From Octopus bimaculoides (Eukaryota), in the NCBI RefSeq assembly GCF_001194135.2, contig NC_068981.1:79271689-79335688 (forward strand): a DNA stretch of 64,000 nucleotides, written 5' to 3'. The notes under the pieces are model-generated. The model saw only the letters and a list, made by a program, of their open reading frames with translations, did not search any database and was not told the origin of the DNA. Shown in pieces: positions 12,890-25,040 of the stretch; the first letter of the stretch is position 1; each line of letters opens with the position of its first letter. A program made the translations under genes and the position numbers.

Positions 12890-13140
12890 AAACTACCTCC
12901 CGCCATTAGATACAAAACTACTATCGCCATTACATACAATCTTCTCATTTAAATATAAATAAATGCGAGCGTAGTAGAGAACCCATTCCTTGTCATCACG
13001 TGACTGATCATTATTCGAATCGGCAACTTCTTCGAACCGTTCCCGCCAGAACGCAAACTGACCAATCACAGCCCCTAATAAGGTCACGTGATAGAGTAAA
13101 ATTCTGAAGCCATTGGGAGCCCATAGTTTGTTATAAATAG
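12890..13140 (-). promoter_or_regulatory. Candidate housekeeping-type promoter
   Basis: TCACGTGA at 12996 and GTCACGTGA at 13083 (E-box), CCAATCA at 13062, TTCCCGCC at 13040 (E2F-like), and CGCCATT at 12901 and 12925 (YY1-like). A minus-strand donor GGAG|GTAGTT lies at 12897/12896. Motif matching only. Confidence 0.4.
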
Positions 13141-13492
13141 CTTTAACTCGGCAACCAAATTTGTCTCGGTCCAGTTTCTCTTTGNNNNNNNNNNNNNNNN
13201 NNNNNNNNNNNNNNNNNNNNNNNNNNNNNNNNNNNNNNNNNNNNNNNNNNNNNNNNNNNNNNNNNNNNNNNNNNNNNNNNNNNNNNNNNNNNNNNNNNNN
13301 NNNNNNNNNNNNNNNNNNNNNNNNNNNNNNNNNNNNNNNNNNNNNNNNNNNNNNNNNNNNNNNNNNNNNNNNNNNNNNNNNNNNNNNNNNNNNNNNNNNN
13401 NNNNNNNNNNNNNNNNNNNNNNNNNNNNNNNNNNNNNNNNNNNNNNNNNNNNNNNNNNNNNNNNNNNNNNNNNNNNNNNNNNNNNNNNNNNN

Positions 13493-13959
13493 GGCATCGA
13501 TGCCACGACATCACAACTAGTGATCAGCACTGTCACACTCAGCCTCTCCTCACTTTCACATACAGAACTTTTCCTATAGTGTACTAACGAACTGGTATAA
13601 TTGTTCACGTGTTATTGACTCTCTTTCTATCTGCTGTAAACACTCACACACATGTATCACTCACATACACACTTTTCTTTGTATGACGGCCTGTCTTTGA
13701 TTATGTTCTATGTCGCATTCACACTCACACACAGACATACATCTTTAACGCTATAATAAATATCTCTGTTATTCATCTAATACGGTTGTGGTCTTTCATT
13801 ACTGGTCATCTATGTTATCGTTGCATAACATATCACTTATAACATCTTTGATATATATTTGTATGTTCGACCGTGTGACACGTTTAAATAAAAGGAGTCC
13901 TCTGTTTGTCCATTCGTCGCCATATCTCCTTTTATGAGTTCGCACGGTCGTCCCTTACA
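13493..13959 (+). mobile_element. LTR-like repeat 3' portion (unclassified; same family as 56583-57851)
   Basis: Shares ordered motifs ACGAACTGGTAT, ATGACGGCCTGTCT, AATAAAT, CGACCGTGTGA and the terminal GTCCCTTACA with 57500-57851. The CA end and AATAAA fit an LTR; no internal coding region is seen. Confidence 0.5.
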
Positions 13960-15884
13960 TATGTTTTGCAGCTTTAAAATTTTGGAGTAATTTGGTAGCT
14001 GCTCACCTTACGAAGCAGACATACAACACTCAAAATCCAATATTCTAACATGTGTTCTTTAAGTACATATTTGAGTGTAATAGAAAATTAGCACATAAGG
14101 ATGGTCCATCATAATTATAAACGCATATACACTTGTTTTTTATATGTATATGTGTCATGTGCAAATAAAATTACATACCTACATGTTAATATTTTATGAT
14201 TCCTAAATTTTCTGTGCCACACCACGTAGACCCATGTGGCTCCATATTTTTCAAACTTAGCGTCGTGGCCACAAAGAAATGTTTCATAGCTCCCTAGGAG
14301 GCCATACGGCTCCCGTTGAGAAATCCTGGTCTATAGTATTCATACATTAATTTATTATTTTATATATCACATCCTTTTTCTTTTTAATAGTACTAGTTCT
14401 TTTAAGAGCACTAGTTCTTGACATCAGCTAAAAAAATATCACATGTAGCAACAGAAGTGAAGTAGGCAATAAGAATGATATATAAAACTTTTTATTTTCG
14501 TGCAGTGTGATTCAGATATTGAGCATAATCCCCAATATCTAACTCACACTCACATGGAAATTTGGACTCAGCAATACTCGTCGATTTTATCGTACATCAT
14601 TACTAACTGCTACGAGATTGACTATTGACTGATGCATTATAGACAGCACAAGCACCAGTGAAAAGATACGAACTATAAACCATTTGGCTTTTGGTCCTGT
14701 TAGCAAATGTAAATCAAAAATCTCCCGATGAAGATATTCTACTTCCTGTCTAATTTAATAAGTCTTCTACATTAACATTCTCCTATAGCTTTAAGTTATA
14801 CGCAAACAAAATAGTGGAGACGAGAATACATTTATCGAAGGTTTATTACTTTACGTACATCGGGGCTTAAGTCGATAGTTATTTCTGTTTAGTTCATTCA
14901 GATTGGTTTAACACTAACTGCTGAAATTCTTTTGTTGTTCTTCTCTCCAGAAGACCTTTTCGCTGCTGACCAACTTCCTAGCTAGCCCACAGCGAAGTTC
15001 CTGTCTACGGTTCGTCTGTCATGAATCCTGCCCTACATTCCGATATATTTATTTAGAATCAGAATATTGTCTCTGAATAGTCTTAGTAAATCTGGAATTC
15101 AAGATTTTCCGAAATATATGTATAGTTTCACCGCCGACTAACACGAGATTAGTTATATTTGTTTATGTCATGAAAGGAGGGCTGAGTGAAAAAAGAAACG
15201 CTCAGGAAACACTAGTCCATATCATTCATAGTTGAACTTATTTTATATATCCCACCCTAATTCTTTAATCAGCACTGGTGACCTATTTCTGACATCACCC
15301 AAAAACATTACATATCGTTAACAAGAATAATTAGGCTAAAAGGAGTACACAAAATATTTTTATTCGAGCAGTGAATCCAGGTTGTGTATCACATCTGAAA
15401 AGCCAAAAGCTAATATGAGTTTCTCTCATGCTATGTACTGTAGTATAGTGTGTTCTAAAAGAACATACACCTTTAAGTGGAGATGAATATCACGAATCAA
15501 ACTTCTTACAAAATGAAGAACACATTGGACAATATTAGTTTAAGATTTACAAATCGCGGCTGTGTGGTTACGACTATTCCCCTCCCCAAAACTGCGTGGT
15601 TTCAGGTTCAGTTCCACAATGCAGCACCTTTGGCAAATGCCTCCTACTCTAACCCCTAGCCGACCAATACCTAGTGAATGAATTTCATAGACGGAAACTG
15701 GGTGGAAGACAATCGTATATATACCACCATACCTTAGCGGTTTGACAAAAGAGACGACAGGATAAGTACAAGACTTAAAATATTGGTGTCGATTTGTTCG
15801 ACTAAATCTACAAAGCGGTGCTCCAGCATGACTGCGGTCCAATGACTAAAACGAGTAAAAGATTACTATTACGGAAAAATACAT

Positions 15885-16053
15885 ATGTGGCTGTGTGGTA
15901 AGTAGCTTGCTTACTAACAACATGGTTCCGGGTTCAGTCCCACTGCCTGGCACCTTGGGCAAGTGTCTTCTACTATAGCCTCGGGCTGACCAAAAGCCTT
16001 GTGAGTGGATTTGGTAGACGGAAACTGAAAGAAGCCCGTCGTATATATATATG

Positions 16054-16088
<35 letters not shown>

Positions 16089-16685
16089 TTGTGTGTGTAT
16101 CTGTGTTTGTCCCCTCACCATCGCTTGACAACCGATGTTGGTGCGTTTACGTCCCCGTAACTTAGCGGTTCGGCAAAAGAAACCAATAGAATAAGTACTA
16201 GGCTTACAAAGAATAAGTCCTGGGATCGATTTGCTCGACTAAAGGTGGTGCTCCAGCATGGCCGCAGTCAAGTAAACGAATAAAAGAAGAAAAGAATATA
16301 TATAAATATATATTTTTATTTGTTTCAGTCATTTGACTGCGGCCATGCTGGAGCACTGCCTTTAGTCAAGCAAATCGACCCTAGGACTTATTCTTTGTAA
16401 GCCTAGTACTTATTCGATCGGTCTGTTTCGCTGAACCGCTTAGTTACGGGAACGTAAACGCACCAGCATCGGTTGTCAAGCGATGCTGGAGGACAAACAC
16501 ACACACACACACGTGTGTGTGTATATATATATATGTGTGTGTATGTATATATATATATATATATATATATGACGGGCTTCTTTCAGTTTCTGTCTACCAA
16601 ATCCACTCACAAGGCTTTGGTCAGCCCAAGGCTATAAGACACTTGCCCAAGGTGACAGGCAGTGGGACTGAACCCGGAACCACAT
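15885..16685. repeat. Tail-to-tail inverted pair of SINE family B
   Basis: The + copy (15885-16290: GGCTGTGTGGTAAGTAGCTTGC...AAGAATAAGTCCTGGG..GGTGCTCCAGCATGGCCGCAGTC) is followed directly by a - copy (about 16310-16685). Confidence 0.85.
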
Positions 16686-16887
16686 AAAGACGGACGAAAT
16701 ACTGCTATATATTTTACCCGGTATGCTAACGGTTCTTCCAGTCGTCGCCTTAACGAATTGACTAATAATATTAAAAGAAAGGAATCAGAACCATTACGTG
16801 TGTTTATTGACGTAATAACTCTCCCATGACAAAATATATATATATATATATATTGCTGACCTTGTGCCAAAATTTGAAACCAATATA

Positions 16888-17510
16888 CAGGGTACGGTGA
16901 ATAAATTACGTCTAAATTACGCAAAAATGAAAATAACACTGACACTTCATTTTAACAGATATATTTACCAAAATTACATGAAAATATCTTGAAATACTAA
17001 AAAGTAAATTTATTCAATAAAATCGTCTTTGGCTTCAACCACAACCTCCAGATGACTTCGGAATCTCCTGCAACTTTTCTGGACGGTCTCCTTGTTAAGT
17101 TGGTGAACCCTGCCATAATTTTTGCCTTCAGCTCATCTTTGGTGTTACAAGGAGTTTTGTTGGTCTCTCGCTCAAATGTGTCCCACACATAATAATGAAG
17201 GGGGTTGCAGTCTGGGGAGTTAGGTGTCCAGATATTAGGGGTGATGTGATCGCAGAAATTGTCTGACAGCCATGATTGGGTTCTCCTGCTTGTGTGACAT
17301 AGTGCAGAGTCCTGTTGCTAGACATAGGGTCTTCCAGCAGCTACTCTCTTGACCCAGGGCAGCACTACCTCCTCCAGACAGTTGATGTAGGTCTCCGTGT
17401 TGAGTCTGAGGCCGTGTGGGAAGATGAATGGAGGCACAACGTTGCTCTCATTAGTGATCATTCCAAACACCATGATGTTGACTGGATGTTTGACTTTTAT
17501 CACTCTCGGT
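16888..17510 (-). mobile_element. Mariner-like DD37D (maT-type) transposase 3' fragment with terminal TIR
   Basis: KVKHPVNIMVFGMITNESNVVPPFIFPHGLRLNT...V*QQDSALCHTSRRTQSWLSDNFCDHITPNIWTPNSPDCNPLHYYVW. There are 37 residues between QQD and the PL(D/H) position. The TIR TA|CAGGGTACGGTGAATAAATT is at 16888. Confidence 0.85.
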
Positions 17511-18716
17511 CAGTGGTGGCTCGTTGATAAAATTAGAGGGGGAGGGCTGCTTCAGAAAATGTTTAGCCATTGTTTTAATATTGTGTAAAAGGAAACAAAC
17601 ATATAAAAAGAAAATTTATACATAAACTTGATCGGTTCGCGTTTTAGTCACTGCCGGGTAGTGTGTTTAATTTGTTCACTGAACACCGCCGCGAATTCCC
17701 CCTTCTTTTTCAAAAATTCCCCTTAAATCACAAAATAAGGGTAGAGTGGGGGGAATGTGCCGTACTTTTCAAATCCCTGCAGCAACATTGAAGCTGGAAG
17801 CAGGATAATAATCTAATTCTACACTTTATCACATTCAAGAATAGAAACACGTTTTTAAGTACAACACAAGCAGAAACACTACCTTTCACCCGGCACTGTG
17901 AAGCTTCCTATCTCGGACATGTGAGCATGCGCATAACAGTCAAACACTGCATCGTTGGAACTGTGAAGTGCACAGTTCTATACAGGGATTTTTGTATTTT
18001 TTTCATAAACTAGGGGATGGCTGCTGACAGTAATCTTAAGGAGTATATAATGTACAAGTATAAAGAAAGAATTAAAGAAAAAAAGGACTCATTATATTGA
18101 ATGTTATCGATAATATGGAGTGGAAATAGGGGGTGCTGCAGTTCTGCAGTTCCTATACACGAGCCGCTACTGCTCTCGGTACATGTCCTCAGATTGACAC
18201 CCAAACACTCTGAACCGTTCGTAATAGAGCTTCCGGCACGGATGCTAAACAGCACAGCTTGTGGTTAGCAAATTTCTGGCAGCGTGAATTGCGCCATGGT
18301 GTTTTTCTCACAGGCGGTGCCCAACGGACCCTACTATATTGTGTAGTCAACAAAATCAAAAACAAACAATGCGCATATGCGAAAATAATATAAAATGGCG
18401 ACAATTGACACCGGGTAAAATATATAACGGTATTTCATCCTTTCGGAGACGATAAGATAAGTATCTATTGAACACGGGGGTTGATGTAATCGACTTACCC
18501 CCTCCCCCGAAATTGCTGACCTTGTGCCAACATTTGAAATTCAAAATCCGTATTTGTCAATTCGTTAAGCAATTAACTAATTGATTGTTTGGTTGATCAT
18601 TCGGTCACTCAATCGGTTAAGTTTATCAAAGTCCTTTCATCGCCATTCGCGACTTCACCAATGACACTCTCTGTCTGTCTGTCTCTCTGTCTCTCTCTCT
18701 CTCTCTGTTTCTCTTT

Positions 18717-19243
<527 letters not shown>

Positions 19244-19624
19244 TACAATTAAGAAGAAAGGACGCCGTACAAAACAAACTGGAAACTGTTACAACAGTCT
19301 GGGCCATGCTTGTGGATGTTGCAAGCTTTGCTTTACAGGTGGGAGGGTCGTTTTAAAGAAATCACACGATTCGGGTGCCTCCTTGAACTGAAAAGGTGAA
19401 ATATTTCGTAGCCATGTCATCATGACAGAAAATTCACATTAAGAACGTGGTCGTCTTCCTTTACGAACTATAGACCTCCAGCTGACTTTTTTCGGCCACC
19501 GCCGACATTGTCCCATGGGAGGAAACTCTTACTTTCCTCCCTGAAAATAACTTTTCACCACTTTTTTTTTCTTTTTTTATTTTTTTTTGCTCAGCTTTTT
19601 ATCATCATACGGCGAACTGTATAT

Positions 19625-20020
19625 TTACTCTTTACTCTTTTACTTGTTTCAGTCATTTGACTGCAGCCATGCTGGAGCACCGCCTTTAGTCGAGAAAATC
19701 GACCCCAGGACTTATTCTTTGTAAGCCTAGTACTTATACTATCGGACTCTTTTGCCGAACCGCTAAGTTACGGGGACGTAAACACACCAGCATCGGTTGT
19801 CAAGCGATGGTGGGGGAACAACCACAGACACACAAACACACATACATATATATATACATACATATATACGACAGGCTTCTTTCAGTTTCCGTCTACCAAA
19901 TCCACTCATAAGGCTTTGGTCGGCCCGAGGCTATAGTAGAAGACACTTGCCCAAGGTGCCACACAGTGGGACTGAAACCGGAACCATGCGGTTGGTAGGC
20001 AAGCTACTTACCACACAGCT
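19625..20020 (-). repeat. SINE family B, near full length
   Basis: Reverse complement of the family B consensus seen at 51610-52045. Further copies are at about 28030-28294 (+), 33390-33665 (+), 37235-37630 (+), 46460-46850 (-) and 58470-58600 (-). Confidence 0.85.
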
Positions 20021-20040
20021 AAACTGAAAAATATTTTCAC

Positions 20041-20154
20041 AAATCTTTACAAACTCTAACTCGAAGTTTCGCGATACTGTTCGTCGGACAGTTGTGATCG
20101 CATCTGTCCGACGAATGGTAACGTGAAACTCTGAGTAACAGTTTGTAAAGATTT
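20041..20154 (+). ncRNA. Stem-loop, candidate pre-miRNA or palindromic MITE remnant
   Basis: GTTTCGCGATACTGTTCGTCGGACAG and CTGTCCGACGAATGGTAACGTGAAAC pair at 25 of 26 positions (3 G:U) around a 12-nt loop. A lower stem, AAATCTTTACAAACT / AGTTTGTAAAGATTT, extends it. Confidence 0.3.
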
Positions 20155-21129
20155 TTTTCAACTTTAATAAACTCTAACTTCGGTATACGAGTACTTGTTT
20201 TTTTTTCCACTTTGTTTTGCATTTATGCGCTTACTCGTGTGTGTGTGTTTGTGTGTGTGTTTGGAGAAACCAAGGACCTTCGCTCATACACTTTAACACT
20301 GAGGATGCAACCGTGCATAAACAGTGGAAATTTAAGACTGCTCCTATCTGTGCGATAGTTCTATAGCAACAATACTGTCTTCTGTTTGAGGTTTGAAGAA
20401 GTTCGAATCCCGACTTGATCTATTTCCAACAGTGTCCGCACACTTAAATAGAACTAAGTAGAGGAAAAAAGGAAAGAAAAAAAACAAGAAGTGCGTATGC
20501 TAATGAAAATATTTATACCGTAGGCGCATTACCCACCTTGACAGCGGGTAAACAAGCTGACTATACAGACATAGAGGGCGTTACACAACATTAAGATTCC
20601 GACGAGTGACCTCATCTCATTCTTTTTCTGCACTAACACGCAAGCAATGAGCACGGACGCAACTTGACTGGCTTTTATCTTATGCCACAGGCCAGCTTGC
20701 AGAGAGGAGCATATCACAGAAGACCATGGCCTTTACACACCAACCATTCTATTTATCATTCCATTGTGTATATACGTGTGGCCACAATAAAAGTGTTTAA
20801 GTTAAAACCTTGCTTGTATATGTTTTTCATCCAGGTTTACTACCAGCGAGATTAGCCTTCTGAGAGACATATTAGGTGGTCCAACGACGACGAACACCAT
20901 CTAAAATTATGACCACCGACGTGAAAATAAACATATCTATCTAAAATGGTAATCCAACGTGGGAAATGAACAAATTCATCTAAAATGGTGAACACCGGAT
21001 GAATACAGACCAGTGAATACATATTCCCTTTTCTCTTTCGCGACTTTGGCTACGCAACCAAATCGTCTCTCGTCATATAGGAACATACTACAACTGATGT
21101 CTCTCGCCTCCATATTGTCTTTTTCACCA

Positions 21130-21400
21130 GGAAAATTTTGACGCCATTTTCAAGCGGGAAACTGCAAATCGTTTTTCTTCGGGTTGTAACCGAAGATACA
21201 ACTTGGTCATTTGAAGACACAGCATCCCAGAGAATTTTCTTCTTACTTATAAAAAAAAGGGGTCGATTATCCGGAGTGGGAGAATGTAACGAGAATGGCC
21301 CGAATGAATGGACATATTCTAAACATGCGCCTGTAGGCTGAAAATTACGAAGGAGAGAGGAGCACTTGCCATAGTACTTCCGGTAAGCAGGGTGACCCTG
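21130..21400 (-). promoter_or_regulatory. Candidate housekeeping-type promoter / first exon
   Basis: On the minus strand: CCGGAAGT (ETS) near 21380, GGCGCATG (NRF1-like) near 21328, and AAAATGGCG (YY1-like) near 21145 followed by TTTTCCTG|GTGAAA. The sequence is CpG-retaining and not recognised as a repeat. Confidence 0.3.
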
Positions 21401-21529
21401 GATCTATGGAGTTCCTTGGTCAACCCGAGAAGTGTCCTCCCTCAAATAGGGAATTTTGTTGTAATTCTTCTGTTGTTATTATTCCCGCTATCCTTTGTTT
21501 TCACATTGCTCTAAATGCTTTTTGCAGTC

Positions 21530-23460
21530 TTTGTGGTCGAGCTGGCAAAATCGTTAGCACAGTATTTCGTCCGTCTTTACGTTTTGAGTTCAAATTCCGC
21601 CGAGGTCGACTTTACCTTTCATCCTTTCGGGGGTCGATGTAATAGACTGCTCCCTTCCTCCAAATTTCAGGCCTTGAAATCGATAGCACGCCGGGAAAAT
21701 GCTTAGAGGTGTCTTTACGTTCTGAGTCCAAATCCTGCCGAAGTCGACTTTGTCTTTGACCCTTTCGGGATCGATTAAATAAGTACCAGTTAAGCACTGG
21801 ATTCGATGTAATTGACTATTCCCCTCCCCCAAAATGTCAGGCCTTGTGCCTATAGTTGTTGTTTGTTTGTTCCTTCTCGACCCGTGCCTGGTTCATAAGG
21901 GCCGGTTTCGGTTTCCCAGTTTCATTGGCGTATAGGTTCCTTACCTGGACGAGACGCCGGTCCGTCGCAGGTGAGCTGCTAGATGCAGGAGGAAAGAGCG
22001 AGAGAAAGTTGTGGCAAAAGAGTCAGCAGAAGTTCGCCATTACCTTCTGCCGGAGCCGCGTGGAGCTTAAATGTTTCGCTCATAAACACACACATCGCCC
22101 GGTCTGAGATTAGAACCCGCGATCCCTTGACCGCGAGGTCTGCTGCTCTAACCACAAGGCCATGTGCGTCCACTGTGCCTATAGTAGAAAGAATTATTAC
22201 TATTAAAGTGGTGAGGTGGCAGAGTTGTGAGAGCTTCGGAAAAAAATGCTTTGCGGTATTTCTTCCGACTCACAACGTTCTGAGCTCAAATTCCACCGAG
22301 GTCGACTTTGCCTTTCATCTTTTCGGGGTTAATAAAATAAATATCAGATCGATGTAATCGATTTACACCCTCCTCTAAAATTGTTGGCTTTGAGCCAAAA
22401 TTAGAAACAATAATATTGCTAAGGCGATGGAAACCGGTGAGGTGGCAGCTTCATTAACATGTCGGATAAAATACTGAGCGGCATTTCTTCTAGCTCTTTT
22501 ACGTTCTGAGCTCAAATCTCGTCTGGGTCAGCTTAGTCTTTCATCACTCCAGGGTTGATGAAATAAAGTACCAGTCGATCCTAGGGTCACGAAATTGGGT
22601 AACTCCCTCCCACTAAAATTACAGGCCGTGTGCCAAAAATTTGAAATCATTTAAGGTGGCAAGCAAACAGAATCGTCAGCGCAACGGACAAAATGTTTAG
22701 CTGCATTTCTTCCGGCCCCTTACGTTCTATGTTCAAATTCCGCTGAGGTCGACTTTGCCTTTCATCCTTTTGGCGTTGATAAAATAAAGTACCAGTTGAG
22801 CACTGGGTCGATGTAATCAACTGACCTCCCCACCAACAAACATTTCAGGCCTGGTTCCTATAGTAGAAAGAAAAAAAATTATTTGCCAGAATCGTTAGAG
22901 CGGCAGTCAAAATGTCTTATAGATTTGTTTAGCAGTTCCTTATAGTCTGAGACCAAATTATGTTGAGATCAATTTTGACTTTCATGCCTCCGGGGTCGAT
23001 AAAATGAAATATCAGTGAAGTACAAGGGTTGGTACAATCGATTATTGCCGTCCTTCAAATTTCAAACCATGTGCCTATGTCAGAAACACATATTCGGATG
23101 TGAATTGTCAAAATCGTTGCAGTATTTCTTTCGGAACTTTACGTTCTGCGTTCGATTCCTGTTGTGGCTAAGTTTGCCTTTCATCATTCCAGGGTCAATA
23201 AAACAAACAACTAGAACTGGGATCGACGTAACTGAATTTTTCCCTCAAATTTCAGGTCTTATACCTGTGTCAGAAACGATTATTATTTCAGCTGGCAGGA
23301 TCGTTAAATACCACGGACAAAAATGTTTAGCGGCATTTTCCCCGACTTCGCTCTTCATCCTTTCAGAGACCCAATAAAAAAAAAGAACTTGTTATGTATT
23401 GGATTCGATTCGCTTGATGAATACAACTCTCTTTTCTAAAAACAAATTTGGCACAGTGCC
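21530..23460 (+). repeat. Head-to-tail array of about 8 diverged family A SINE copies
   Basis: Units of roughly 200-230 bp recur at about 21530, 21685, 22200, 22435, 22655, 22885, 23100 and 23290, all on the + strand. Confidence 0.8.
21857..22175 (-). repeat. tRNA-head SINE of a different family with an (AAC)n tail, inserted in the array
   Basis: Minus strand reads GGCCTTGTGGTTAGAGCAGC (A box) ... GGTTCTAATCTC (B-box-like) ... AACAAACAAACAACAAC. Confidence 0.7.
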
Positions 23461-24328
23461 AGGTCGAAAGTAAACCTTATTAGCATAAGTAATTTGATCT
23501 TTTGTTTGTTCCACATGAAGGACGACTACTTACAATAACTAACAAGTTTGAAGAATTTTCGGAATAGTAAAAATAACCTAGCGATGCAAGCAAATAATGA
23601 GAACTATATAGCTGTTGGATAGAATATGTATATTTCGTTTGTTATTTTGCACACTAAATAAAGATTACATATATTACTCGTTATTTTGTATATAGGTTAC
23701 AGTCTGATTAGTTCTACAACCCTGTTGGAACTTCGGGGACAGCACTGAAAACTCAAAAATGTTCATGTATTGATTCTTGAGAGTAATATACACTGAGCGT
23801 TTTCTGTGAATAAGCATTACTGCTACTTCTTGTTACCTTCTCCGAATTGCTTATTTAAGCCCTGTAAAGTTAACTAATTCTCCAATTATACAATACTCCT
23901 TCCTTCTTTTGTTAACTCAATTTCTTGAAATAGACAAACTTGACTCAGTTTTCCATATAGGGATACTAATTTAGTAACTATTTAAAACTACATTTAGGGA
24001 CTGATTTATATCATTTTTCTGTAAACTTTCACTTCTCCATCAAAATTAAATGTACCTTCCCTCCCCAGGGCGATCTAGTACCTTATTATTGCTCTTTTGT
24101 CTTACTTTTTTTAAGACCGAGGTACGTGGTTTGATAGAGATTTGACAGCTAAATCTACCAGGTTAACCAAGTGCGAAGAAACTCCCTCAATGGCTTCATT
24201 CCCTTGTTAACTAGAGCCCCCTTCTACTCGAGCCGGATAAGCCTTAAAGAAGACATATACCTAACTAACAGCAGTATCAATAGCTTCATTAACTCTTACA
24301 TTGCATTGGGAGACACATCACCAACAAG

Positions 24329-25040
24329 CAGTGGCGTAGTTAGAGTGTATGCTGCCCGGGATGCGAAATGTTTTTTTGTTTTTTTTCTCACGAGAGTTAC
24401 AGACCCCAGTTATGTACTCACTTGCATACAGCCAATCAGAGTTCAAATACCAAACTAATTTATGAGCGCATAACAAGTGATGGGCGATAAGATAAGGTCA
24501 CCTGGGTAAGGAATGCCTATGCTTGTTTTCTTTTTTAAGAATGCTTATTGTTCTTGTTCTTGTTTCAACCAGGGCTGCATCTGCGTAGTTATTTGTGTTG
24601 TTGTTTACTTTGTAAAACAGTAAGGAGAGAGGGTTGCTAGCACATCACCCTCTACCCACATTTTTCCTATCCACATCTTTACCATATGGAGCCCTAACAA
24701 AATCCGATAATAGGTATAGATGCAAATCTATCTAATTACTTGTCTCCTTCTAAAATCAGGCACACCGTTCTTCGTCTTGAGTTTACTTGGTAGAGTGTGT
24801 TTGTTAACTTGACATGGTCAAGGTGAGCTCTGATTGGTTGTATGTAAATGAGTTCATTACTGGGGTCCGGAACTCTCGTGGGAAAAAAGATTTCGCGCCC
24901 GAGACGGCTCCTGAGTTTGCACTCTCCTCCCACCTACATACCTATACAGGCTCATGCAAAAACCCAAATGTGACATCACCATAAAGGCGCCGCCTAGGGC
25001 AGACCGCCCTCACTGCCCCTCCCCTCATGCTACACTTACT
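24329..25040. mobile_element. Non-autonomous DNA element with internal inverted repeat
   Basis: Starts CAGTGGCGTAG and ends near CATGCTACACTTACT. Internal arms CTCACGAGAGTT..GACCCCAGT..CAGCCAATCAGAG (24388-24440) and CTCTGATTGGTTG..ACTGGGGTC..AACTCTCGTGGG (24827-24882) are complementary. Confidence 0.55.

Noticed and set aside
19395-19490. Intronic C/D snoRNA
   Set aside because: The + strand has CTGA and a short terminal stem but no proper C box; the - strand has ATGATGA but no D box at a suitable distance.
21938-21960. U1 snRNA 5' end (TTACCTGG)
   Set aside because: Only 8 nt match, on the antisense strand of a SINE; nothing downstream resembles U1.
21530-23460. CRISPR-like repeat-spacer array
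   Set aside because: The units are ~200-bp diverged tRNA-derived SINEs, with no short identical repeats, unique spacers or cas genes, in eukaryotic DNA.
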